Counted from the first letter of the stretch, positions 28,531-37,295 are shown. The stretch is 64,000 nucleotides of DNA from Candidatus Roizmanbacteria bacterium (GCA_024654535.1 JANLHL010000016.1:288626-352625); one strand, 5' to 3'. Notes: generated by a model not told the origin, from the letters alone. Program-made: numbers and translations.

Positions 28531-29277
28531 ATGCCTCAATACACAGCAAACACATATAAAAAACATCTAGAACAAGAACATCGTCTGTCGCCATTTTCGA
28601 CGTACTTAAAAGAGATCGTCTATGGAGCAAATGATGGGATTGTCACTACATTCGCTGTTGTTGCAGGCTTCACTGGTGCACAAGCAATGGGTGGTAACAC
28701 GACGCTTCCTTTTTTAACAGTGCTGTTATTCGGTATTGCCAATCTTTTTGCCGATGGTGCATCGATGTCACTGGGAAATTTTTTGTCTGTTCGTGCCGAT
28801 CAAGATGTATTTAGATCTGAAAAAGAAAAAGAGTTATATGAAATAAAAAATTCTACGAAAATGGAAGAGTCTGAAACAATTCATATTTTACAAACAAAAG
28901 GGTTCAGTAAAAAAGATGCCCAAACGATAACCAACCTCTACAAAAAAAATGAACCATATTGGGTCGATTTTATGATGAAGGATGAGTTGGAAATGACAAA
29001 CCCCGAAGGTGAAATACCTCTATATAATGCAGTCGCAACTTTTCTGGCTTTTCTTTCATTTGGCATTATTCCACTTCTTCCCTATTTTTTTTCTCGCTCT
29101 GTCCATACCGCATTCCTTTTTTCAAGCACTGCAACATTACTTGCGCTCATTTTGCTCGGTTTTTTACGTTGGCGTGTTACAAAACGCAATATCATCAATT
29201 CAATCGGCGAAGTAGTGTTGGTAGGTGGTATAGCTGCCTTGATAGCCTATGTAGTAGGAACGTTGATACATATCTAG
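28531..29277 (+). CDS. VIT1/CCC1-family iron/manganese transporter
   Basis: YGANDGIVTTFAVVAGF motif, a central acidic helical segment and C-terminal TM helices. The start is moved from 28411 to 28531. Confidence 0.75.
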   Translation: MPQYTANTYKKHLEQEHRLSPFSTYLKEIVYGANDGIVTTFAVVAGFTGAQAMGGNTTLPFLTVLLFGIANLFADGASMSLGNFLSVRADQDVFRSEKEKELYEIKNSTKMEESETIHILQTKGFSKKDAQTITNLYKKNEPYWVDFMMKDELEMTNPEGEIPLYNAVATFLAFLSFGIIPLLPYFFSRSVHTAFLFSSTATLLALILLGFLRWRVTKRNIINSIGEVVLVGGIAALIAYVVGTLIHI

Positions 29278-29281
29278 CACT

Positions 29282-29746
29282 ATGTTGGGTGAACTATTTA
29301 CACGTTCCATAGATACACTACCCGAACTTTTACATCCAGAAATATATGCAGTTAGAAGACAGATTCATACTTGCCAATGCCGTACACCTCTCTCTACATT
29401 CACCGCAAGTACTCAACCTTATATTGATATAAGCAGTTTACCTTCACTCTCAACAATGCGACTTCTCTACGTTTCAAAAAAAGATACATCTGACAACAAG
29501 ATATTGCCATTCATGTGGATTGTAAAGGGACAAGAACAGTACGGAAAAATCTACACAGCAGTTGACAGCGGAACACGACTTGAAGTGAGACAGTGGGCTT
29601 GCCCACGCATGCTTAACATATCTCATCCACTATACTCATTCGTTGTACCCGACAATCATGAAACGATCTTGGAAATACTAGATACCCCTAAAGCTACTAA
29701 AACTGAAAAACAGGTATATATAGATCCATGGTGTCTAAGAGTTTAA
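29282..29746 (+). CDS. Hypothetical protein
   Basis: 154-aa ORF starting 4 nt after the VIT1 stop. No motif recognised. Confidence 0.45.
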   Translation: MLGELFTRSIDTLPELLHPEIYAVRRQIHTCQCRTPLSTFTASTQPYIDISSLPSLSTMRLLYVSKKDTSDNKILPFMWIVKGQEQYGKIYTAVDSGTRLEVRQWACPRMLNISHPLYSFVVPDNHETILEILDTPKATKTEKQVYIDPWCLRV

Positions 29747-29769
29747 GTCAGATTTAACTAAAATAGTTT

Positions 29770-30828
29770 CTATATTTTCTGTTCACCGTATTCAACAACG
29801 GCTATCATAAGAGGTAAGATATCAATCGGGGAATACTTTGCCATCGCATACGCTTCGAGCAATTTTTTCATGCACAAAGCTAGATCTTTTTGGCTTATGC
29901 TTTTCAATAAGTCAGTATCGGTAAATGTGTTTTCTATACCGCCTTTTGTTAGAACCGCTGCATGTAAACCGTTTAGCAACTCCTCATTAAGATATCGCCC
30001 ATTACCACCCTTGCTCTCAAATTCTCTTAGATATTTCAATGCACCATGAACATCCTTATGCAAAATTAGTGCAAGTAAGGTGACGGGATCATCCTGAGTA
30101 CTTCCCATTAGAAATATTTTTATCGCCTCTAGCGAAAGATCGGTGTTTCGTACAGCCATTTCCAACAATTTTGCTGCATCTCTGAACGATCCACTTGCAG
30201 CATGAGCTATCATTTCAAGCGCATCACTAGAAACAGTTATATTTTCTCCAACAGCGATTCGCTTCAAAGAATGGAGCAATTCATCTTTTTTCGCCTTTTG
30301 AAAGGAAACACGCATACAACGAGAGACGATTGTCTGAGGCAGTTTATCTGCTTCTGTTGTTGCAAGAATAAATACTACATTTTTTGGTGGCTCTTCAAGT
30401 GTTTTCAAGAGGGCATTAAAAGCTTCTTTCGTCAGCATATGTACCTCATCTATAATATAAACTTTGTACTTACCTTCCGAGGGTGCAAACCGAACATTTT
30501 CTCTGAGAGCCCTGATATCATCAACTCCCCTATTCGAAGCTGCATCAAGCTCATGCACATCTAAATAGCGTCCTGCGGTAATAGCCCGACAGGTCTCACA
30601 CTCATTACATGGCTCAATCCCTTTCTTTCCTCCAAAAACAGTATTCTCACAGTTAATTATTTTTGCAAGAATTCGAGCACTTGACGTTTTGCCTGTTCCA
30701 CGAGGCCCTACAAACAAAAATGCGTGTGGTAAATGCAAAGGATTTTCCAGTATATCTTGAAATAATTTTCTCCTCTCTTGGTTATCTATATCTGCTATAG
30801 TTTGCGGACGATATGTGCGGTAATACAT
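29770..30828 (-). CDS. dnaX: DNA polymerase III subunit gamma/tau (short form)
   Basis: Walker A GPRGTGKTS, DEVHML, Cys module CNECETCRAI and SRC. Confidence 0.9.
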   Translation of the reverse strand: MYYRTYRPQTIADIDNQERRKLFQDILENPLHLPHAFLFVGPRGTGKTSSARILAKIINCENTVFGGKKGIEPCNECETCRAITAGRYLDVHELDAASNRGVDDIRALRENVRFAPSEGKYKVYIIDEVHMLTKEAFNALLKTLEEPPKNVVFILATTEADKLPQTIVSRCMRVSFQKAKKDELLHSLKRIAVGENITVSSDALEMIAHAASGSFRDAAKLLEMAVRNTDLSLEAIKIFLMGSTQDDPVTLLALILHKDVHGALKYLREFESKGGNGRYLNEELLNGLHAAVLTKGGIENTFTDTDLLKSISQKDLALCMKKLLEAYAMAKYSPIDILPLMIAVVEYGEQKI

Positions 30829-31202
30829 TATGTATTTATTGTACGAAATTCATTGGAAAATATGGTGATTGCGTGATCAAGAAACTGCCTGATGACTTTA
30901 TCTATCTCTTTGTCTTGATCTGCAGCATACAAAACTACTTGTGGAAAACAGAGTACTATTTCACCGACGACATCTGTTTCATGTGGAAACCTACTCACAA
31001 ACGGGAATGTTAATACAGGATGAGGAGCATCATCTTTAAGATACTGTTTGGAAAGCGATTGGGCCTTTCGAGAGCCTACAAACGCAATGTCAAGTTTTCC
31101 TTCTGGGAGTTCTCGCTCTTTCCATTGAGCACTGACATACTCACGCACCATACCACGATCCACCTTATATCGTGAATCGCTGTGTATATCTATACTTAAC
31201 AT
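30828..31202 (-). CDS. YbeY-like protein lacking the His-triad metal site
   Basis: HPVLTFPF and GEIVLCFPQVV align with the YbeY segments NVLSFPF and GDLVICRQVV. Where YbeY has HGxLHLxGYDH this protein has FLDHAITIFSNEF. Confidence 0.5.
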   Translation of the reverse strand: MLSIDIHSDSRYKVDRGMVREYVSAQWKERELPEGKLDIAFVGSRKAQSLSKQYLKDDAPHPVLTFPFVSRFPHETDVVGEIVLCFPQVVLYAADQDKEIDKVIRQFLDHAITIFSNEFRTINT

Positions 31203-31215
31203 GCATTATGTAAAC

Positions 31216-31407
31216 TCAGTCTCTATTTCTGCGCTTTCTTTTTTGTAACTCTTTAGTTTTCTCTTTCTTTATTTCAGATGGTGGTTTATACGTCGTTTTA
31301 TTTTTTAGAAGATCAATATAGCCCTCATCATTCACGAGTCTCGTAAAACGACGAAGTAAACTGTCTTTATTTTGTCCTTTTGTTTTTATTACTGATACCA
31401 CAAACAA
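31216..31407 (-). CDS. rpsU: 30S ribosomal protein S21
   Basis: 63 aa, highly basic, with an LRRF..... pattern and a KR-rich tail. Confidence 0.65.
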   Translation of the reverse strand: MFVVSVIKTKGQNKDSLLRRFTRLVNDEGYIDLLKNKTTYKPPSEIKKEKTKELQKRKRRNRD

Positions 31408-31474
31408 GCATCTCCTATCTATTAAAATAGACTGTTAAATATAATGGACAGTATACCATGAATTAGTATAGAAT

Positions 31475-32323
31475 TCACTGCTCTTCAAGACTCAAAGACG
31501 TCAGTTGAATGAGTTCTTGTAATGTCAAGCTTGTTGGCTTACTATCGGGATTTTTACTCGAGCCGTTCAATACCATTTTCCCCGACTTATGGAAAAACCA
31601 GTAGCCAACTCTATCTTTTTTACTTATCGCATCATAGACTTTTTCTAATGTTAGTGATACATCTGGTCGGACTTTTATGCGCGCCCTTTGCGTTTTTGGA
31701 TCTTTGCGTATAACAAGTGCAAAACCCTGTTTTTGAGCAAGCGTAACCGCTTCTTCATTGCGTGTAAGCAAACCCAAACACGAAAATTTACCAATGGTAA
31801 AGTCTACTCCTTCCGCAATATCCGTTTCTGCACGAACCTTATGTTTTAGAATCGTAAAGAAACTTTCTAGACCGTCAAAAGCATATACCATCACCTTTTC
31901 GTCTTCCTTCTGTGACGCTTTATATCCTTCAATAAGCTGGTGTAGAGCACAATCATAAAAATCTGCAGTAGGATTCGGATATGAAGATTCCTCAAAATTA
32001 TCGATAGCCGTTACCACTTCTACCAATCGCTCCAGTACTTTTTCTGCGAGCGGCGAGAGTGTTCGTTTCGTTTTAAGATACTCAAAAATTCTTAAAGCAG
32101 CGCTCGATCGTTCTTTGAATTGATGATGATCAAATCTGCCAAATCCAGTATCGACATGAATGACGTTGGGCTTACTATCTACCTCTTCTCCATTTAGTGT
32201 TTTTCCAACTGGGACAAATGCAATGTCTGCTTGAGAAAATCCAGGATAAAATCTCTTTATGAGCCATGATGCAGTACAAGCATCAAGATCTGGACGCATA
32301 TGGCTAACAATCGTTGTTGACAT
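31475..32323 (-). CDS. DHH-family phosphoesterase-like protein
   Basis: SHMRPDLDAC (motif I/II-like) and FDHHQ (DHH motif). The ATG at 32323 sits 5 nt after TGGTATACT. Confidence 0.55.
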   Translation of the reverse strand: MSTTIVSHMRPDLDACTASWLIKRFYPGFSQADIAFVPVGKTLNGEEVDSKPNVIHVDTGFGRFDHHQFKERSSAALRIFEYLKTKRTLSPLAEKVLERLVEVVTAIDNFEESSYPNPTADFYDCALHQLIEGYKASQKEDEKVMVYAFDGLESFFTILKHKVRAETDIAEGVDFTIGKFSCLGLLTRNEEAVTLAQKQGFALVIRKDPKTQRARIKVRPDVSLTLEKVYDAISKKDRVGYWFFHKSGKMVLNGSSKNPDSKPTSLTLQELIQLTSLSLEEQ

Positions 32324-32571
32324 ACAAAAGTATACCATGATAATACATGGCGCACGAATTCAGATTGCGTTCAATCGAAAATTCAATCTACTATGTATAG
32401 TATAAAAACTTCCATAGTAAATTCGACAATACTTTTTATATTTTAATACGAAAAGACATACCTGTGTTTATTATGATAAAGGTAAATATTAGATATTATG
32501 TACATTAATTGTGTACATATTTAATTATGCAAGTTGGTAAACTATAGGGTATATAAAATTGGTCTGCTTAC

Positions 32572-33642
32572 CTAGAATAATCCTTGAATATCACGCACTG
32601 TCACCAGAAGAATCAGGCCTATGAGGATCGCGAAACCAACTGTATTGATGCGCGCACGAAGTATGGGTGAAATTTTTCTCCGTGTTATTGCCTCAAGGAT
32701 AATCATAAATAATTGTCCTCCGTCGAGAGCTGGAAAAGGTAGAATATTAATCAGCGCAAGGTTTAAAGATAAAAGCGACACAAACAGTGCGAGGGTTTGC
32801 ACTCCACTCCTCGCTGCCTCACCACTTATTTTGGCTATACCTACAGGCCCAGCAACTGCCATATGCGGATTCTGGAAGTGAGCAAGTTTTGAAAACGCGC
32901 CAAACAACTCGCCATAGAACTCTTTACTCATAACAAGCGCTGTACTCAAACCTTCAAGAGGTGCCCTATACCACACTGCTTTCTTGTATTCATATTGTGA
33001 AATGACGATACCCATAGATCCTTGACCTTTCGGTGGGTTACTACGAGGAGTTATGGTGAACGTACGAATACTACTATTTCTATTCACCACCAACACGATT
33101 TCTTTTCCTACAAATTTCTTCGAAAGCGAAATGACATCGTTTGATGAATTCACTGCATATGATTTTCCTTTGTAACGTACTTCTTTAATCACATCATTCG
33201 ACTTCAGACCAACTATTGCGGCGGGAGACTGTTTAGCTACCTCTACCACATGTATCGTTGTTGCGGGTAAATATACTCCCTTTATAAAAAGGGTAGATAA
33301 AATAACAACGGCAAGTACAAAGTTCATTATGGGGCCGGCCAATATAACTAGCGCACGCTGCAATGGACTTTTTGAAAAAAAAGCATGCGATTTTTCCGCT
33401 TCACTTATAGAAGTTCCCACAATCTCTTCTTCTTCTCCGAAGAGCCGTACAAAGCCTCCAAATGGCAATGCATTTAAAGAATACAGTGTCTCGCCCTTTT
33501 TTATACCAAATATTCGTGGAGGTAAACCCAAACCAAACTCTTCAACTTTGACACCACTTCTTTTTGCAACCCAAAAATGCCCAAATTCATGAATGATCAC
33601 GAGGAAAGATAATATGAGAATAAAAACAATGACAGTAAACAT
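32572..33642 (-). CDS. rseP: Site-2 (M50) intramembrane metalloprotease RseP
   Basis: HEFGH zinc motif in TM1, a central PDZ-like segment and a C-terminal LPFPALDGG motif. Confidence 0.9.
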   Translation of the reverse strand: MFTVIVFILILSFLVIIHEFGHFWVAKRSGVKVEEFGLGLPPRIFGIKKGETLYSLNALPFGGFVRLFGEEEEIVGTSISEAEKSHAFFSKSPLQRALVILAGPIMNFVLAVVILSTLFIKGVYLPATTIHVVEVAKQSPAAIVGLKSNDVIKEVRYKGKSYAVNSSNDVISLSKKFVGKEIVLVVNRNSSIRTFTITPRSNPPKGQGSMGIVISQYEYKKAVWYRAPLEGLSTALVMSKEFYGELFGAFSKLAHFQNPHMAVAGPVGIAKISGEAARSGVQTLALFVSLLSLNLALINILPFPALDGGQLFMIILEAITRRKISPILRARINTVGFAILIGLILLVTVRDIQGLF

Positions 33643-33648
33643 ATACTA

Positions 33649-34206
33649 TTAGACTGTCATAACTTCTTTTTCTTTTGCAGATTTTAGATCTTCTATTTTT
33701 TGAGTATACTCACGACTTACCTTATCTATCATTTCTTCTTCCCTAAATTTTTCATCTTCACCTATAGCCTTACTTTCAAATTGCATCTTTACCTGCTTAC
33801 GAACATCATCTCTTAACTTCCTGACTTTCTCTCTACTCTCTTCTGCGAGCTTAGATACAAGTTTTACATATTTTTCTCGCTGCTCTTGTGTTAATGGCGG
33901 CGTTTTTACATGAATTTGAGTACCCTGCGTTACGACACTAAACCCCATTTGTGAATTGCGAATAGCTGTTTCAATATCTTGCAGTACCGTGTGATCAAAT
34001 GGAACAACCAGCAAATCCTGTGGACCCTCATTTGCGATGGTCGCAAGTTCCAACACTCGTAAAACTGCTTGGCCACCGTAGGTCGTGACACTTATATTCT
34101 CAATTAATGCAGGTGAGGCTCGACCGGTACGAATTGCGCCTAAACTTTCACGCGCTTCTTCTACTACAGTGGATAGTTTCTGCTTTAGTAAAACGTCTGC
34201 TGCCAT
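33649..34206 (-). CDS. frr: Ribosome recycling factor
   Basis: 185 aa with the typical RRF pattern (IRTGRASPALIE..., VTTYG..., REEEM). Confidence 0.9.
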   Translation of the reverse strand: MAADVLLKQKLSTVVEEARESLGAIRTGRASPALIENISVTTYGGQAVLRVLELATIANEGPQDLLVVPFDHTVLQDIETAIRNSQMGFSVVTQGTQIHVKTPPLTQEQREKYVKLVSKLAEESREKVRKLRDDVRKQVKMQFESKAIGEDEKFREEEMIDKVSREYTQKIEDLKSAKEKEVMTV

Positions 34207-34237
34207 GTGATTTATTATACACTATAATTAAGATTAT

Positions 34238-35164
34238 ATGAAAACAGTAACTGCCCGCCGTTTGTCATTTGCACGAGTGTTATTTATAAGTTCAATTATG
34301 CTTTTATTTGGCAGTATCAGCATTTGGATGGCTATACATTTCTTTAACAAAATAATGCCACCGCCGAAACTCAACACACCCTATTATAAAAAGACTGATC
34401 TTGTTGTTCCATACGATATTGCAAAACAGAACAAAAAAATGATGGTATACCAACCGTCATACACTATTCCCATCATAATGTATCACTATGTCGAATATGT
34501 CAAAGACCAGAATGATACTATTCGAAAAAGTCTTAGTATTACGCCAAATGTATTTGATTCTCAACTTTCAACACTCTTAGTACATGGCTATACGACATAT
34601 TTTGTCTCAGATGTACCAAAGATACTCAATGGAACCATTCCCTATACTGCAAAAAATATCGTACTGACATTTGATGACGGGTATGAAGATTTCTACACCG
34701 ACGCTTTTCCCATTTTAAAAAAAAATAACGTTAAAGCAACAGTATATGTAATTACAAACTACATCGGCCGCAAAGGTTTTTTGTCGAGTGCACAAATACA
34801 AGAGCTCGCTCAAAGCCCATTGGTTGAAATTGGCTCACACACGCTGAACCATATGTATCTCAAGGGAGGACGAGACGAGCTTGTGAATACAGAAATTGTT
34901 GAGAGTAAAAAAGTGCTCGAAAACCTTACGGGCGTTTCGGTAAAAACATTTGCATACCCCTATGGTGCGTTCGACGGCCAAGCCTTAGCAGATACACAGG
35001 AAGCAACATATTCTGCTGCAGTCTCGGTGATACCAGGAAATCAGCAGTCACTTATGAATGAATATTATCTTTCTCGAATACGAGCAGGTTCGCTTGGTAG
35101 TGGCAAATATATGATACATTTTTTAACCTCGTATTCCATAACCCCCACTCCACAAAGCTTGTGA
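34238..35164 (+). CDS. Polysaccharide deacetylase (NodB homology domain), membrane anchored
   Basis: N-terminal TM helix plus TFDDGYEDFYT and GSHT..H motifs. Confidence 0.8.
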   Translation: MKTVTARRLSFARVLFISSIMLLFGSISIWMAIHFFNKIMPPPKLNTPYYKKTDLVVPYDIAKQNKKMMVYQPSYTIPIIMYHYVEYVKDQNDTIRKSLSITPNVFDSQLSTLLVHGYTTYFVSDVPKILNGTIPYTAKNIVLTFDDGYEDFYTDAFPILKKNNVKATVYVITNYIGRKGFLSSAQIQELAQSPLVEIGSHTLNHMYLKGGRDELVNTEIVESKKVLENLTGVSVKTFAYPYGAFDGQALADTQEATYSAAVSVIPGNQQSLMNEYYLSRIRAGSLGSGKYMIHFLTSYSITPTPQSL

Positions 35165-35174
35165 TTTAATGACA

Positions 35175-35183
35175 TGATATGCT
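35175..35183 (+). promoter_or_regulatory. Extended -10 box TGATATGCT, 6 nt before the ATG at 35190
   Basis: TGnTAnnnT read directly. Confidence 0.45.
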
Positions 35184-35189
35184 AGTAGT

Positions 35190-36401
35190 ATGTACTACTT
35201 AAATCATGTATTCTCTCATGTCCGCCATTACAAAACGAAACATTCTCTACTGTACACATTAGTAACGATGATATTCTTTTGGTCAATATTTGACGCAGTA
35301 CTCAGCTATTTCATTCCAATTTTAATTATTCAGCATTCATATTCAAAAACTCAAATGGGTTTACTTATCGGTAGTTCGTCATTTTTTGGCGCTGTATTCG
35401 ATATTTTTTTTAGTAAATTTGTTAAAACCCCGCGTTTTCGTTCACTGTATATCGCGATGTTTGTACTATCAACCGCATTTTTGGTGGTTCTTTACACAGC
35501 TCATTCTATTTGGTTCTTTATTTTAGCAATGCTTTTGTGGGGAATATACTGGGATTTGTTTCATTTTGCAAATTTTGATTTTATGAGTACGATAGTCACA
35601 GAATACGAACGGCCATCTTCATTTGGGTTACTTGTAGTACTTCAGTCACTCGGGATTACTATCGCGCCACTTCTTGCAGGTTTAGTAATAGGGTCACTTA
35701 TGGGAACTGGTCCATTTGTACTGTCGCTAGGGATGTTGACGATAAGCTTTATGTTTTTTCTCAACCTATTGGCAAGTACAAGGATTGCGCATGTGGTTGT
35801 TCCAGTTGAATCTGAACGAAAAAATAATTGGCTCACAGAATTTCACTTATGGAAAAAAATTAGTCGTCGCCTTATACCCCTTCTAGTCCTCACTTTCTTT
35901 CTTTATGTTGTCGATGCTTTTTTTTGGACACTTGGTCCGCTTTTGGCACTTCAAGATAAATTTGGATCGTTCGGAGGATTTATCCTTGTTGCATACACTG
36001 TTCCATTCCTCTTTGGTGGTTTATTTTTAAAACATATTACCGTTCGCTATGAACATAGGCACATTGCATTTATCTGTTTTTCCATTGCTTCCGTACTTAT
36101 AGTACTCCTATCGACAATTGCAGCTCCGTTGTTGGTTATGGCGCTTATTTTTGCGGCTGCATTCTTTCTATCGCTCTCTCTACCGACAGTGAATGCACTC
36201 TATAGTAACTATATTGCAGATGAAAGAATGTACGAAAAAGAAATTGAGGGTCTTGCTGATTTTTTCTACAATTTGGGATGGATGATCGGACCAATTGCCG
36301 CTGGTTTATTAAGTGATGCAATCGGCATAAGTAGCAGCTTTACGGTCTTGGGTGTTATTGGTTGTATCGTTGGAATAGTACTTTTTAGAATAACGAAATA
36401 G
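35190..36401 (+). CDS. MFS-type transporter
   Basis: 403 aa with about 12 hydrophobic helices in a 6+6 arrangement around a central basic loop. Confidence 0.65.
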   Translation: MYYLNHVFSHVRHYKTKHSLLYTLVTMIFFWSIFDAVLSYFIPILIIQHSYSKTQMGLLIGSSSFFGAVFDIFFSKFVKTPRFRSLYIAMFVLSTAFLVVLYTAHSIWFFILAMLLWGIYWDLFHFANFDFMSTIVTEYERPSSFGLLVVLQSLGITIAPLLAGLVIGSLMGTGPFVLSLGMLTISFMFFLNLLASTRIAHVVVPVESERKNNWLTEFHLWKKISRRLIPLLVLTFFLYVVDAFFWTLGPLLALQDKFGSFGGFILVAYTVPFLFGGLFLKHITVRYEHRHIAFICFSIASVLIVLLSTIAAPLLVMALIFAAAFFLSLSLPTVNALYSNYIADERMYEKEIEGLADFFYNLGWMIGPIAAGLLSDAIGISSSFTVLGVIGCIVGIVLFRITK

Positions 36402-36431
36402 CCCTGTGTTCATGATATAATGACAAAACAT

Positions 36432-36503
36432 GCGACTGTAGTTCAATGGATAGAATGGAGGTTTGCGGAACCTTTGATCCCAGTTCGACTCTGGGCAGTC
36501 GCA
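36432..36503 (+). tRNA. tRNA-Arg(GCG)
   Basis: GCGACTG-TA-GTTC-AATGGATA-GAAT-G-GAGGT-TTGCGGA-ACCTT-TGAT-CCCAG-TTCGACT-CTGGG-CAGTCGC-A. No encoded CCA. Confidence 0.85.
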
Positions 36504-36514
36504 CAAAAAAACCG
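36479..36514 (+). repeat. Direct repeat copy 1 (tRNA-Arg T-arm, acceptor 3' strand and 11-nt trailer)
   Basis: CCCAGTTCGACTCTGGGCAGTCGCACAAAAAAACCG, identical to 37257-37292. Confidence 0.9.
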
Positions 36515-37256
36515 AAAAATGAATTCTGAACGAATTGCTACACCACCTGTACCTGATCTCCGTTTTGAACAGATGTCATTTGGAGATAACCAAGTTAATC
36601 TTCTGGTGTTACCAAATTCTGCCGTTCTAACGACAAGTGGTCAGAACCAGTTAAGCAATATGAATTTTGGAGCAATCGATGCACTTGTATTCCCACACAC
36701 ACCCCCTCAAGCACACAGTAAAAGTGGAACTTTATACCCAAGTTTAGCACAAATGACCTATATTACTGATCGTCCATGGATAGTGGTTGATCCTCAAGCA
36801 TCAGATGATAGTTTTTTATTATATTCTGATGGACCATTTGTTGCAGCAGCAAGTGCAACTGTTAGCAAGGTAGGTATATCAATAAAAAAAGGACATATGG
36901 GACGCAGAGATTTTCTTGGACTCAGTGCATTCTTGACGGCTAGCCTTCTTACAGCACAATGGAATTCCGGACTTATTTCTCTTCCTCCTAACGTACAAGA
37001 TTTACGGCATACAGCCATCGCATGCGGACTTAAACAACTCTATGAGCAAAATGAAAACAACCTACTCGTAGTTGTTGAGGAAGCTGATGTGAACGGCATT
37101 CAGAAGTGCTTAACGACTGAAATTCCCGATACATTAGCAAAATTTTATGCCAGATTTAATTTACATATAAAGCAGTTCAACCGTATCGTATCCCAAGATA
37201 ATAGATGGCATCTGACATCCTCTTCTCCTTTGCTTTTATCTTGAAATTTAACTTTT
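36515..37256 (+). mobile_element. 742-bp single-gene insert bracketed by the 36-bp tRNA-3'-end repeats (att-like; integrated-element remnant or cassette)
   Basis: Perfect 36-bp direct repeats, one of them within the tRNA-Arg gene. No integrase in the window. Confidence 0.4.
36519..37244 (+). CDS. Hypothetical protein carried on the tRNA-Arg-associated insert
   Basis: The first 33 codons of the track ORF 36420-37244 are a read-through of the tRNA, so the first plausible ATG is 36519 (MNSERIA). An internal MGRRDFLGLSAFLTASLL segment occurs at codon 160 of the track ORF. Confidence 0.5.
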   Translation: MNSERIATPPVPDLRFEQMSFGDNQVNLLVLPNSAVLTTSGQNQLSNMNFGAIDALVFPHTPPQAHSKSGTLYPSLAQMTYITDRPWIVVDPQASDDSFLLYSDGPFVAAASATVSKVGISIKKGHMGRRDFLGLSAFLTASLLTAQWNSGLISLPPNVQDLRHTAIACGLKQLYEQNENNLLVVVEEADVNGIQKCLTTEIPDTLAKFYARFNLHIKQFNRIVSQDNRWHLTSSSPLLLS

Positions 37257-37292
37257 CCCAGTTCGACTCTGGGCAGTCGCACAAAAAAACCG
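37257..37292 (+). repeat. Direct repeat copy 2 (orphan tRNA-Arg 3' fragment)
   Basis: Identical 36-mer to 36479-36514. It lacks the 5' two thirds of a tRNA. Confidence 0.9.
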
Positions 37293-37295
37293 CTA

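Noticed and set aside
32498-32518. Inverted repeat ATGTACA-N7-TGTACAT in the long AT-rich spacer 32324-32571
   Set aside because: It could be an operator for the DHH-like gene, but it is a single short AT-rich palindrome without a second copy, so the evidence is too weak to call.
36420-36518. N-terminal 33 codons of the 36420-37244 ORF (MTKHATVVQWIEWRFAEPLIPVRLWAV...)
   Set aside because: This stretch is the tRNA-Arg gene translated in frame, so it is not coding.
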